Shown here piece after piece: positions 1 through 10,027 of a stretch of DNA of 64,000 nucleotides (position 1 is the stretch's first letter; each line of letters begins with the position of its first letter). Made by a program: the position numbers and the translations under genes. A model generated the notes under the pieces. That model worked only from the letters and a program-made list of their open reading frames with translations. It did no database searches and was not told the DNA's origin. The DNA lies in NCBI GenBank assembly GCA_034530615.2, contig JAVRCV020000008.1, positions 64,001 through 128,000 on the forward strand, written 5' to 3'. Source of the DNA: Aulosira sp. ZfuVER01 (GTDB lineage: Bacteria; Cyanobacteriota; Cyanobacteriia; Cyanobacteriales; Nostocaceae).

Positions 1-342
1 CTTAACACCTGTAGCAATAATTAATGTGTCATAGGGTATTGCTTCATCGCCAACGATCGCTTTTTGTGCTTGAGTATCAATATCGCTCACTTCACCCAGT
101 ATCACTTTTGTATTCTTGCTCTTACTCAGTACTGCTCGCAACGGTGAAGAAATATCGGCAGGCGATAGTGTGCCTGTAGCAACTTGGTATAAAAGTGGTT
201 GAAATAGGTGAAAGTTACGTTTATCAATGAGAGTAACGTTAACATTAGCTTTGGCGAGAGACTGTGCAGTGTACAATCCACCAAAGCCACCACCAACAAT
301 CACGACTTGATGAGGTGAATTATTCTCAATTGAATCTATCAT
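1..342 (-). CDS. ndh: Type II NADH dehydrogenase / NAD(P)/FAD-dependent oxidoreductase, N-terminal part (runs off window start)
   Basis: Manual translation from ATG at 342: MIDSIENNSPHQVVIVGGGFGGLYTAQSL...LIDKRNFHLFQPLLYQVATG. GxGxxG plus the FQPLLYQVATG signature of NDH-2. Not in the ORF track because truncated. Confidence 0.9.
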   Translation of the reverse strand, partial: MIDSIENNSPHQVVIVGGGFGGLYTAQSLAKANVNVTLIDKRNFHLFQPLLYQVATGTLSPADISSPLRAVLSKSKNTKVILGEVSDIDTQAQKAIVGDEAIPYDTLIIATGVK

Positions 343-493
343 AAGACATATTTTTGGGTGTTATGGGTGTGAAATTAGTATTAACAAAGATGTATTAAAA
401 TGCTGAGAAAAAATTCTTTAACTATCGCTGAGTGCGCAAACAAAACGCGAACTATTTCTAAAATCAACTAATGCACTTCAGACTTTTTGAATC

Positions 494-1552
494 TCATTTT
501 TCCTTCTGCCTCCTGCCTCCTGCCTCCTGCCTTTTAGCCGCACTACTACCCCGCTTAACTAAATAAGGAGTTAAAACGCAGTTTTCTACAGTTTTTTCCT
601 GTAATAAATCGAGTAACATTTGCATCGCAGAACGACCAATTTCTAACATTGGCTGGCGAACTGTGGTGAGTGGGGGTGTAACGTAACCACCTAGAGCAAT
701 ACCATCAAATCCGACTATGCTTAAATCTTGTGGAACCGAAGTACCTAGTTCTTGACAGCCTAAAAGAGCGCCTACCGCTACCATATCGTTGTAACAAAAG
801 ATGCCTGTCACCCCAGCCGCAACTAGTTTAGGTAACATTTGTTGGCCTGTAACAACATCACTTGTTCTGACATTATATTCATCACTAATTGCTACCCAAT
901 CCGCCTTTTGGGGTAAACCAGCTTCACTAAGAGTTTTTTGATATCCTTCTAGACGCTGCTGATTTGATCTGCTGCGATCGCTTACACCCAGGTATCCTAT
1001 AGAAGTGTGTCCTAGGCTGACTAAATGTTCTACAGCTAATCTAGCGCCTAAGCAGTCATCTACTGATACTGAGTGAAAGATTTCGGGTGGATCTTCAGTT
1101 TGGCTATGAATAAATACTGTTGGCACAGCAATTTGCCCTATTTGCTTCGTATCATGTTTACTAATTCGTGAATCCGCCACGAGAATACCGTCCACTCTCC
1201 GGCGATGAAAATTATCAATAGCCGCTATTTCCAGATCGACATTGCGGTGTGAAGTACTCAACAACACACTTAAACCTGATGTTCTGGCTATTTGTTCTAT
1301 TCCCTCTACTACTTCCGAAAAAAAGGGATCTGCTATTGAAGTTACTACTACCCCAATAGTATTAGTACGTTGAGTTTGTAAACTTTGCGCAATACTATTA
1401 GGAACATAACCCATCTCTCGCGCCAACTGCTTAATTTCCTCTCTTACCTTAGGGCTAATTAGAGTGCTATCTCGCAAAGCGCGTGAAACCGTGGTGTGAG
1501 AAACACCTGCTTTTCGAGCAATATCTTCTATTGAGATTTTTCGTTTACTCAT
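494..1552 (-). CDS. LacI-family transcriptional regulator
   Basis: N-terminal HTH SIEDIARKAGVSHTTVSRAL; sugar-binding domain (GIFCYNDMVAVG, SIVGFDG, PPLTTVRQP). The C-terminal QEAGGRRQ tail is encoded by an AGGCAGG heptamer repeat (~504-531). Confidence 0.95.
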   Translation of the reverse strand: MSKRKISIEDIARKAGVSHTTVSRALRDSTLISPKVREEIKQLAREMGYVPNSIAQSLQTQRTNTIGVVVTSIADPFFSEVVEGIEQIARTSGLSVLLSTSHRNVDLEIAAIDNFHRRRVDGILVADSRISKHDTKQIGQIAVPTVFIHSQTEDPPEIFHSVSVDDCLGARLAVEHLVSLGHTSIGYLGVSDRSRSNQQRLEGYQKTLSEAGLPQKADWVAISDEYNVRTSDVVTGQQMLPKLVAAGVTGIFCYNDMVAVGALLGCQELGTSVPQDLSIVGFDGIALGGYVTPPLTTVRQPMLEIGRSAMQMLLDLLQEKTVENCVLTPYLVKRGSSAAKRQEAGGRRQKEK

Positions 1553-1571
1553 TTATTATCTTACTTCTTTT

Positions 1572-1587
1572 ATGCACACGTGTGCAT
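1572..1587. promoter_or_regulatory. Putative LacI-type operator, perfect 16-bp palindrome ATGCACACGTGTGCAT
   Basis: Perfect palindrome with central CG in the 74-bp gap between the divergent LacI regulator and gluconokinase genes. Confidence 0.65.
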
Positions 1588-1626
1588 TACAATATCAATT
1601 ATTAGGAAAATTGAATCACTTGTCAA

Positions 1627-2112
1627 ATGATTATTCTTGTAATGGGTGTTTCTGGATCTGGCAAAACCACCGTAGGAAAAATGCTAGCAGACTCGTTAGG
1701 CTGGACATTTAGCGACGCTGACGCTTTCCATTCGCCGGAGAATGTCGAAAAAATGCGGCAAGGTATTCCCTTGAGTGAAGCTGATAGGACACCTTGGTTA
1801 CAAGATTTGCAAACAGCTATTAAACATTGGCTACAAGAAAATAAAAATGTGGTGCTAGCGTGTTCGGCGTTAAAAGATAGCTATCGTCAATTTTTGGTGG
1901 TTGATAGCGAACGCATCAAGCTAGTGTACCTCAAAGGGTCTTATGAGTTGATTCAAAAGCGCCTTCAAGAACGTCAAAATCACTATATGAGTGATATACT
2001 TCTCACCAGCCAGTTTAATACTCTGGAAGAACCGTTAGAGACTATATATATAGATATTGCAGAGTCACCCCAGGCAATTGTCCAGAATATTAGAAGTGTT
2101 TTAGAAATTTAG
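1627..2112 (+). CDS. gntK: Gluconokinase
   Basis: P-loop MGVSGSGKTT, DADAFH, KM..GIPL...DR.PWL, VLACSALK..YR and SQF..LEEP motifs of GntK/IdnK. Confidence 0.93.
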   Translation: MIILVMGVSGSGKTTVGKMLADSLGWTFSDADAFHSPENVEKMRQGIPLSEADRTPWLQDLQTAIKHWLQENKNVVLACSALKDSYRQFLVVDSERIKLVYLKGSYELIQKRLQERQNHYMSDILLTSQFNTLEEPLETIYIDIAESPQAIVQNIRSVLEI

Positions 2113-2237
2113 CGGAAACAAAAAAGGTGAATTGCGCCTCTACGAATACAGAATATTTTGGCAATTAAATTACATTAGACATCAATCTCAAGAAAATATA
2201 CAAGCGATCGCCTAACTGCGATCGAAGGAGGGAACAA

Positions 2238-2582
2238 ATGTTTCTCAGATTAGCGCAACAACATCGGGAATTTGTCAAAGACTTGGTAATGAACCTGCAA
2301 GCCTTGGCAATTGTACTCGATCGCCGGGGTTATCCAGCCTCTTGTTATACTTGCGGCGACAAAATGAACAGCGGTTCATTTATGGTTAGCTTGGGAGAAA
2401 ATCACTTGATTCGGTTTTTAGTATCTGATTACGGCATTACGTGGACAGAAATGAAGGATGACCACGAATTAATGAAATTGGAAGGTGCAGAAGCGATAAA
2501 TCAATTACAAGAGTTGGCTAATATCGTCAAGTATCTGAATACAGATAATCAAATTGACTTTGTCAATAATATTTGTTGTTAG
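2238..2582 (+). CDS. DUF1815-family cyanobacterial protein
   Basis: MFLRLAQQHR.FV.DLVMNLQALA...GYPASCYTC...LIRFLVSDYGITWTE resembles this conserved cyanobacterial family (recalled, not searched); AAGGAGG RBS upstream. Confidence 0.8.
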   Translation: MFLRLAQQHREFVKDLVMNLQALAIVLDRRGYPASCYTCGDKMNSGSFMVSLGENHLIRFLVSDYGITWTEMKDDHELMKLEGAEAINQLQELANIVKYLNTDNQIDFVNNICC

Positions 2583-2793
2583 CTTCATGTAGATATATTG
2601 CACTCCTATTTGATTTGTAAACTTAGATATGATTTTATCTATCCATTAGTTTCTGATGATCGCGATGCCGAAAAGAAAATGGCAAGAACTATTAGACAAC
2701 AAACTATCCATAATGATCTTGAAAGCGCGATCGCCTACTTTTAAAAGTGTCAAAATCAAGTAGGCGATTCTGAAAAACAATCTGGAGAGCAAC

Positions 2794-4185
2794 TTGCCTA
2801 AATCGATTCAATCCATTCAACCACCACTAAAATTTATTCCTCCACGCTTTAACGCAGTCATACTCCAGATTGCTAAGTGGTTGCTGCCAATTTTGTTGCG
2901 TTTGCGGCTGCGACCTTGGTTGCCAGCAGGTATTATCAAGATTGAAGCGAAAAATGCTGAAGTGTTAGCCCAGCTTTATGAAAAGTTCCAAGCTGGCAAA
3001 GTTCGCTTTTTGTTGGCGTTTCGGCATCCAGAGGTAGACGATCCGCTTTGTATGTTCTATCTACTTTCTCGGATTGTGCCAAAAGTCGCGCGTCAGCAAG
3101 GAATCAAGTTGCACTATCCAGTTCACTCTCACTTTCTCTACGATCGCGGTATGACTTTGTGGGCTGGTGACTGGCTGGGTTGGTTTTTCTCTTTGCTGGG
3201 AGGTGTTGCAATTCGTCGGGGTAAGCGATTAGATAGACAAGCTATCCAAACAGCACGAGATTTATTTGCCAATAGTAAAATGCCAATCTCAGTTGCACCA
3301 GAAGGCGGTACTAATGGTCATAGTGGCGTTGTTAGCCCCTTAGAACCTGGTGTTTCCCAACTGGGGTTTTGGTGTGTAGAAGACTTAGCCAAAGCCAACC
3401 GTCCTGAGACTGTTTTTGTTGTGCCGATCGCTATCCAGTATCGCTACGTTAACCCACCTTGGTCACAACTAGAGCGCTTGTTGAGTAAATTAGAAGCTGA
3501 TAGTGGCTTGCCAGTATTACCTGTTGAGAATGGTATAAATGGACAGCCAGAAATTTACTATCAACGCCTGTGTCGGCTGGCGGAACACGTTATTTCCGAA
3601 ATGGAAGAATTTTATCGTCGTTTCTATCATCAAAATCTTCCCCCTATCCCCAATCAAGAAATAATTTCCCGTCTGCACCGCCTGCTAGATACCGCCTTAC
3701 AAATGTCCGAGCAATATTTTAATATCCAGCCACAGGGAAATTTTATCGATCGCTGTCGTCGTTTGGAAGAGGCTGGTTGGAGTTACATTTACCGCGAAGA
3801 TATACCTGATATCGCTGCTTTATCACCCCTGAATCGCGGATTAGGCGACTGGATTGCTGAAGAAGCAGATTTGCGAATGCGACACATGCGCTTAGTCGAA
3901 AGTTTTGTCGCCGTCACCGCCAGCTATATTCAGGAACAACCAACAGCTGAACGCTGTGCAGAAATAACGCTACTGATATTCGATATGCTGTCTCGAATTA
4001 GTGAGCGAAAACCGCCTGCACGTCCCCGGTTAGGTTGGCGAACAGCAAGGATCAGCGTAGGTGAGCCAATTTCTGTTACAGAACGCTGGGCAAATTCTCA
4101 AGGCGATCGCCAAGCATCTCGCAACGCTACAAGTCAGTTAACACGAGACTTGAAACTTGCTTTAGAAGAGTTAATTGCCAGATAA
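2794..4185 (+). CDS. PlsC-like phospholipid/glycerol acyltransferase
   Basis: HX4D motif (RHPEVDD), APEGGTNG block, VVPIAIQY; TTG start. Confidence 0.85.
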   Translation: MPKSIQSIQPPLKFIPPRFNAVILQIAKWLLPILLRLRLRPWLPAGIIKIEAKNAEVLAQLYEKFQAGKVRFLLAFRHPEVDDPLCMFYLLSRIVPKVARQQGIKLHYPVHSHFLYDRGMTLWAGDWLGWFFSLLGGVAIRRGKRLDRQAIQTARDLFANSKMPISVAPEGGTNGHSGVVSPLEPGVSQLGFWCVEDLAKANRPETVFVVPIAIQYRYVNPPWSQLERLLSKLEADSGLPVLPVENGINGQPEIYYQRLCRLAEHVISEMEEFYRRFYHQNLPPIPNQEIISRLHRLLDTALQMSEQYFNIQPQGNFIDRCRRLEEAGWSYIYREDIPDIAALSPLNRGLGDWIAEEADLRMRHMRLVESFVAVTASYIQEQPTAERCAEITLLIFDMLSRISERKPPARPRLGWRTARISVGEPISVTERWANSQGDRQASRNATSQLTRDLKLALEELIAR

Positions 4186-4231
4186 AATTCGATATATGAA
4201 TTATAAATATTTTAACCACTTGCTACTAACA

Positions 4232-4264
4232 AGATCCCCGAATTATTGAAGAAGTCGGGGATCT
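4232..4264. repeat. Dispersed hairpin repeat AGATCCCCGA...TCGGGGATCT
   Basis: 10-bp inverted repeat; a related copy lies at 36275-36307. Confidence 0.7.
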
Positions 4265-4342
4265 GAACCTCTCGATTTTCATAAATCAAATATCTTAAAT
4301 GCTCGTTTGATGATTTTTTCTCAGCGTTGAGAAATCTGGCAC

Positions 4343-5110
4343 ATGCTATCTCAGAATTTCATTATTCAAAACTTCTCAGAAATTTTAATTTTTGTGACTT
4401 TTATCGGATTAGTTGGGTGGACGATAAGCGATCGCGTTAGTCGTACTCAACTAAAAGTTAAAAGTCGTCAAGATTGGTTGCTCGATGGTATAGGTTTAAC
4501 GATTCAAGGAATTTTGATTCCTTTACTACAGGCGACCTTAGTTTATTGGCTTTACCATAATTTATTACCGAATTATCAGGGATATCTAAAAGTATCACCA
4601 ATTTTTACTTTTTTTATCAGCTTTGTTCTAATTGATTACTTATATTATTGGAATCATCGTTTATTGCATAGTCAATGGTTTTGGCAAGTGCATCAAGTAC
4701 ATCATACCGTCACGCAGATGGATGTACTAGGAACTTCTCGTAATACCATTTGGACAAGTTTGTTAATTATTTATTTATGGATACACACTTTGTTTGTATA
4801 TTTATTAGCCGATCCAACAGGTTATCTATTGGGAGTAAGTTTAACTTCTGCTCTGGATTTATGGCGACATAGCCGCTTGATGATTGCTGAAAATTACTGG
4901 CTATATAGATTTTTATTCCCTTGGTTAATCCTACCGCAGGATCATGCATGGCATCATTGCAGTGAAGTTTTTAATCGCAACTATGGCGCTAATGTAAAAA
5001 TTTGGGATAAGTTACATGGAACATATTATGAAAGTCAATATTCACCATCTACAATCGGAATTACTACTTCCCTAACTTTCACTCAAAAACTCTTATTTCC
5101 CTTTTTATAA
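4343..5110 (+). CDS. Sterol desaturase / fatty-acid hydroxylase family membrane protein
   Basis: His boxes YWNHRLLH, HQVHH, WRHS, HAWHH followed by NYG..WDKLHGT; several TM segments. Confidence 0.9.
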   Translation: MLSQNFIIQNFSEILIFVTFIGLVGWTISDRVSRTQLKVKSRQDWLLDGIGLTIQGILIPLLQATLVYWLYHNLLPNYQGYLKVSPIFTFFISFVLIDYLYYWNHRLLHSQWFWQVHQVHHTVTQMDVLGTSRNTIWTSLLIIYLWIHTLFVYLLADPTGYLLGVSLTSALDLWRHSRLMIAENYWLYRFLFPWLILPQDHAWHHCSEVFNRNYGANVKIWDKLHGTYYESQYSPSTIGITTSLTFTQKLLFPFL

Positions 5111-5180
5111 GAGCAGACTATACACTGAATAAAAATCTTTCTCTCTATGCCCAATCCCCCATGCCCGATGCCCAATTTAC

Positions 5181-5789
5181 ATGACCTTTTTAAGTAAAAT
5201 TCTGTTATTTTTTCCCACCCTGATATTAATGCTAACTGGGGCAGCAATAGTCTATCTCGCCTATTCACCCAGCATATTCAGTATTCTGGCTGTGTTGCTT
5301 TCTATTTATGGTTTGCCTCTAATAGTTTACCGCTGGCATCAATGGGTATACCCTGTACAGGAAGGCATTAGTTATTTAATTGGGAAAGAATATAGCCCTT
5401 GGTGGGGTAGTCATCAAATCCAGGTAATTTATATTACTATTCCGGTGTTAGAAGCAGTTCTGCGACTGATACCAGGTGCATTTTCGTTTTGGTTGCGATT
5501 GTGGGGTGCTAAGGTGGGGCGAAATGTCTACTGGACACCGGGATTAGAAATTGCCGATCGCGGTTTATTAGAAATTGGCGATCGCGTGGTTATGGGTCAT
5601 CGGGTTGCTATTTCTTCCCATGTCATCAAGCCCCGCAAGCAAAACTTAATGTTGTATGTCAAAAAAGTCAAGATTGGCAACGATGTCTTTGTGGGAGCCG
5701 GATCTATTCTCGCACCTGGTGTAGTCATTGGGGATGGCACATTTTTGACAATGGCTACCAACCTTTCTCCTAACCAGCAGGTTCCATAA
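5181..5789 (+). CDS. Membrane-anchored left-handed beta-helix (hexapeptide repeat) acyltransferase
   Basis: Two N-terminal TM helices; LRLWGAKVG, LEIGDRVVMG, KIGNDVFVGAGSILAPGVVIGDG hexapeptide repeats. The stop overlaps the next start (TAATG). Confidence 0.85.
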   Translation: MTFLSKILLFFPTLILMLTGAAIVYLAYSPSIFSILAVLLSIYGLPLIVYRWHQWVYPVQEGISYLIGKEYSPWWGSHQIQVIYITIPVLEAVLRLIPGAFSFWLRLWGAKVGRNVYWTPGLEIADRGLLEIGDRVVMGHRVAISSHVIKPRKQNLMLYVKKVKIGNDVFVGAGSILAPGVVIGDGTFLTMATNLSPNQQVP

Positions 5790-7303
5790 TGCGTCCAATT
5801 ATTCAACTCTTTGGGCAAATACTCGCAGCAAGTGCAAGGCGATTTCAGCAAGCATTGGATAATCCTGAGTCAATGCAGATATCTGTACACAAAGAGATTT
5901 GCGATCGCCTAATTAAAAGTGAGTATGGTAAAGCCTTGGGAATTCATTCTGTAGCAGATTGGCAAAACGTACCGATTGTTAATTACGACGCACTCGAACC
6001 TTGGATTCCTGCACATAACAAACCTCAGCAAATTCCCCTGACTCCCGAACCCATTTTGTTTTATGAAAAAACCTCTGGTAGTAGTGGGGCGGCGAAATGG
6101 ATTCCCTACACTAAGTCTTTGCGCCGATCTTTCAATCAGATGTTTTGTGTATGGGCGCACGATCTGATTGTAAATGGCCCGAAATTCTCCACAGGTAAGC
6201 TTTACGCCTGTATATCGCTGCAATTAAATCTGCCTGATTCCCAATCTTTACAGGATGACCTAGATTATTTAGATGGTTGGCTGCGTTGGTTGCTGCGCCC
6301 TTGGTTGGTGATACCGGATGGACTAAATCGCCTCCACGATCCGCAGTTGTTTAAACATCAGCTGGCTTTGGCATTATTGCAGGCTGAGACACTGGAAATT
6401 ATTTCGATTTGGAGTCCGAGTTTCCTGCAAGTACATCTAAAATACATTCAGGAAAATCAGGAGTTATTGCGAACAGAATTACATAACCGAGTATCGCGCG
6501 ATCGCTTACAAATCCTTAGCGAAAGTAAAATTCCCTGGACACAACTTTGGTCAAACTTAAAGCTGATTTCTTGCTGGGATAGCGCCAACGCCGCCGATCA
6601 AGCACAAGGATTGCGATCGCAATTTCCGGGTGTGTTAGTTCAAGGTAAAGGACTACTAGCAACCGAAGCCCCAATGACGATTCCGTTAATTGCTGCTGGG
6701 GGTTATGTTCCGGTTCTCGATGAAGTTTTTTTCGAGTTTGAGGATGATGCTGGTTCACTACATGGGTTACACGAACTCAGCAACGGACAGGAATACACGA
6801 TTATTTTGTCACAGAAAGGAGGTTTGTATCGTTATCGAATAGGCGATCGCGTCCGGGTGACTCATTGGTATCGCCAAACCCCCTGTTTAGAATTTTTGGG
6901 GCGACACCAAACCATCAGCGATTTAGTGGGCGAAAAGTTGCACGAAGCTTTTGTACATGATGCTTTGAATCGCATGAACTTACAGGGAACTCACTTTAAA
7001 AGTTTAGTTCCCGTTGCTAATCCACCTCATTATCTTTTGTTACTTGATGCAGCAAAAGAAACCCCAGAAACCATTGCCCAACAACTGGATTATGCCTTAT
7101 CACAGTCGCATCACTACTATCGTGCGCGCGCGATCGGTCAACTTGCACCAGTACAGGTTTTAATTTCTCATCAAATTCCTGAACTGTTAGCCTTGCATCG
7201 CATCCGTAGTGGTAGTATCTGGGGAGGTATTAAGCATCAAATTCTGGCAACATCACCTATTAATACTGAACTTTTAGAAGCATTGCAATTAGGGAATTCC
7301 TAA
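5789..7303 (+). CDS. GH3 family acyl-acid amido synthetase-like protein
   Basis: GH3 motifs EKTSGSSGAAKWIPYT, LLATEA and GGLYRYRIGDRV...FLGR...DLVGEK. Confidence 0.9.
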   Translation: MRPIIQLFGQILAASARRFQQALDNPESMQISVHKEICDRLIKSEYGKALGIHSVADWQNVPIVNYDALEPWIPAHNKPQQIPLTPEPILFYEKTSGSSGAAKWIPYTKSLRRSFNQMFCVWAHDLIVNGPKFSTGKLYACISLQLNLPDSQSLQDDLDYLDGWLRWLLRPWLVIPDGLNRLHDPQLFKHQLALALLQAETLEIISIWSPSFLQVHLKYIQENQELLRTELHNRVSRDRLQILSESKIPWTQLWSNLKLISCWDSANAADQAQGLRSQFPGVLVQGKGLLATEAPMTIPLIAAGGYVPVLDEVFFEFEDDAGSLHGLHELSNGQEYTIILSQKGGLYRYRIGDRVRVTHWYRQTPCLEFLGRHQTISDLVGEKLHEAFVHDALNRMNLQGTHFKSLVPVANPPHYLLLLDAAKETPETIAQQLDYALSQSHHYYRARAIGQLAPVQVLISHQIPELLALHRIRSGSIWGGIKHQILATSPINTELLEALQLGNS

Positions 7304-8100
7304 TTTCTTTTGAGTTCATGCATACTTTTTACCACTTTTGTTACCAGATTTCTTGGTGTAAATCTGACACTTTCAGCTAGTATTTTATTTCTTAAACCAG
7401 GAACTACAACTGTTTTATTTGCCATTAAGCTGCGATAACCGATTTTGGCAACTGTTTCTGTATCCATCATTCGATTAACGCTAGAAATCTTGGATTCTTC
7501 CATTGCAGCTGATTGTTGAAATGCCGTTGCTGTTGGCCCTGGACAAAGAGTCGTAACAGTAACACCTGTATCTTCTAATTCATTAGCAATTGCTTCCGAA
7601 AAAGATAAAACATAGGCTTTAGTAGCGAAATAAACTGCCATTAAAGGCCCTGGTTGAAAAGCAGCAACCGAGGCAACATTTAATATTTTTCCATAGCGTT
7701 GCGCTACCATATCTTTGAGAAACAACTTTGTTAAATGGGTGAGACTCACTATATTGACCTGTAACATCTTCAGTTCAGTATTCAGGTCTGTTTCAGCAAA
7801 TACTCCATAGGTACCAAATCCGGCATTGTTAACCAACACATCAACCTTGATAGATACTTGCTGTAACTCAATAAAAATTTCTTCTGGAGATGTTGATATA
7901 GATAAATCCTTAACAAGAGTTTTGACAAAAATGCCAAACTTTTCCGGAAATTCCGCTGCCATCTCATTGAGTTTTTCTTCTTGCTTATCTACTAACACAA
8001 GATTGTAACGATTCCGAGCAAAAATGTATGCTAATTGGTAGCCAATTCCACTAGATGCCCCAGTAATCAGAGCAGTTTTTTGGCGCTGACCTTCATTCAT
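7300..8100 (-). CDS. SDR-family oxidoreductase
   Basis: TGASSGIG, NNAG and catalytic YFATK. Confidence 0.95.
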   Translation of the reverse strand: MNEGQRQKTALITGASSGIGYQLAYIFARNRYNLVLVDKQEEKLNEMAAEFPEKFGIFVKTLVKDLSISTSPEEIFIELQQVSIKVDVLVNNAGFGTYGVFAETDLNTELKMLQVNIVSLTHLTKLFLKDMVAQRYGKILNVASVAAFQPGPLMAVYFATKAYVLSFSEAIANELEDTGVTVTTLCPGPTATAFQQSAAMEESKISSVNRMMDTETVAKIGYRSLMANKTVVVPGLRNKILAESVRFTPRNLVTKVVKSMHELKRN

Positions 8101-8514
8101 GTGTTGTATTTATCTCAAAAATATAGTGAATCCAAGTCGATTAAAGTTTGGTAGATGATGTAATAAATAGCAGTATTTTACGTAGCAATATCTTGGGCAT
8201 AACTATCCAAAGATTCTTGCTTGGCTAATAGTAATAGAAAGCTGCGGTTAATTCCGTTAACAAATTAACCAATATAGGAACTATGTTGAATATTTAAAAA
8301 ATTGTAGAGTGGCCAATGCGCACTAAAACTTGTATATAAAATTGCTCTTCTATGAGCTTCACGTAAAAATACAGTTAACTTGAAAATAATAATATAATAA
8401 ATTACAGCCTATTGTGTGCTATTAACTACATAGATAAAAACCGAAACTTTTCAGAAACACTAAATTATAGCTTCTATATGTGGTTCATAAAAATGCCAAT
8501 GCAAAATACTGTAT

Positions 8515-9660
8515 CTAATTTAATTTTTTGAACAACCATGAATATGAACCTTTTTTATCTTTTCCATGCCCAGATATTTGCTTGAAATCAAATGATAAAG
8601 TGCCTTGATTTTCTCCTAGTCTCCAGTAACCTGATAATATTTTAGTTTCTTGTAACATGACTACATTTTTTTTAGAATCCAATTTCCCACTGATAACAAT
8701 CTTAGCTGTTCCGTTCCACCAGTGTTGATGAATTAAAGTTCCATCAAAATAATCCCCTGACTGGCGAGTTATAGAAAGGGTAGCTCTACCACTTCCAAAA
8801 TTGCCGTACCATGTTCCAAGCATTTCTGGGAAACTTTCAGAAGTATCATTATTTATCATAAATAATGCTAACCATTCTTGTAGTGACTGAGGGCGATTCT
8901 CTGGCTTTATCTCCATACCCTTGAGAATTGCCTGATTAACGCTTTCACTGATATTAGAATTAATCTTCTTTGGTTCCTCTAATGGTGTACCAATTGCTCT
9001 AATTGGAGCCATTGTTGGTACTTCTCCAGTTAACAAAGAATACAGTGTTGCAGCTAAAGCGTAAACATCTGTAAAAGCACCCCGTTTTGTTCGCTTGTCA
9101 TATTGCTCAATTGGTGAAAAGCCATCGGTTAGCATTTCTGTCTGAGTCTGAGTCAAATTTTGAGAAAATTCTCTTGCAATCCCAAAATCAATTAATACTG
9201 CTTCTGATTTACCAGCACGCAACATAATATTTTGCGGTTTTACATCCCGATGTAGCAAGCCATGATTGTGAACTACAGTTAACGCCTCACCAATCTGCTG
9301 AATGTATCGTAATGCTTGCGCGTCTGGCAAAACGCCTTGATTCTCAACTCTATGGGCTAAATTGTCTCCATCAATGTATTCCATGACAATGCACCATAGG
9401 GTATCCTCATGTATTACCTCATCAATTTTCACAATATGGGTATGACTGCATTTAGCTAGTTTTACCGCCTCATTAAGAAAGTTTTGCTGAAACTTGCCAA
9501 AGTCGGGGCGGCGTTGAACTTTATCATTCAAAGTTTTAATCACAACGTAGCGCCCATTGTTATCTCTAGCGAGGTAAGTTATACCAAAGCCACCTTCGCC
9601 TAATTCTTTTTCAATTGTGTACTTACCACCCTGCAACTGCTGTCCTGATTTCCAAGCCAT
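8515..9660 (-). CDS. Ser/Thr protein kinase with C-terminal beta-rich domain, no TM helix
   Basis: LGEGGFGITY, VVIK, HRDVKPQN, DFG. Start placed at MAWKSG (9660) rather than ORF-track 9711. Confidence 0.92.
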   Translation of the reverse strand: MAWKSGQQLQGGKYTIEKELGEGGFGITYLARDNNGRYVVIKTLNDKVQRRPDFGKFQQNFLNEAVKLAKCSHTHIVKIDEVIHEDTLWCIVMEYIDGDNLAHRVENQGVLPDAQALRYIQQIGEALTVVHNHGLLHRDVKPQNIMLRAGKSEAVLIDFGIAREFSQNLTQTQTEMLTDGFSPIEQYDKRTKRGAFTDVYALAATLYSLLTGEVPTMAPIRAIGTPLEEPKKINSNISESVNQAILKGMEIKPENRPQSLQEWLALFMINNDTSESFPEMLGTWYGNFGSGRATLSITRQSGDYFDGTLIHQHWWNGTAKIVISGKLDSKKNVVMLQETKILSGYWRLGENQGTLSFDFKQISGHGKDKKGSYSWLFKKLN

Positions 9661-10027
9661 GATTAAAAATTCAATGTGACAATATATGTCAATTTTGGCA
9701 CAACGGTACATGATTGTTTATCAGCTTAAACCATTTAAATTTCAAGTTTGAGCGCTATTAGTTCATGTAAGAAAAATCAAATTACTTTAAAATTACTAGA
9801 ATTATTACTGAGTCAAAATTCAAAAGCCAAATATAAAATCCAGCCTGCCTAATTTTCTAGGTTGGTAACGGGTGAAAAACGCCCCGGAATTGTGACGATT
9901 ACGCTAGAATTGTTAAAGCTTCTTTACAGAGTTTGTACTTCATCCTCAATTCTGTTAAAACAGCCTGGCATCCTAACCTTAAGATGTACATCTGAAAACC
10001 CCTTCTGAGAGTTCACCAAAAGCTTCT

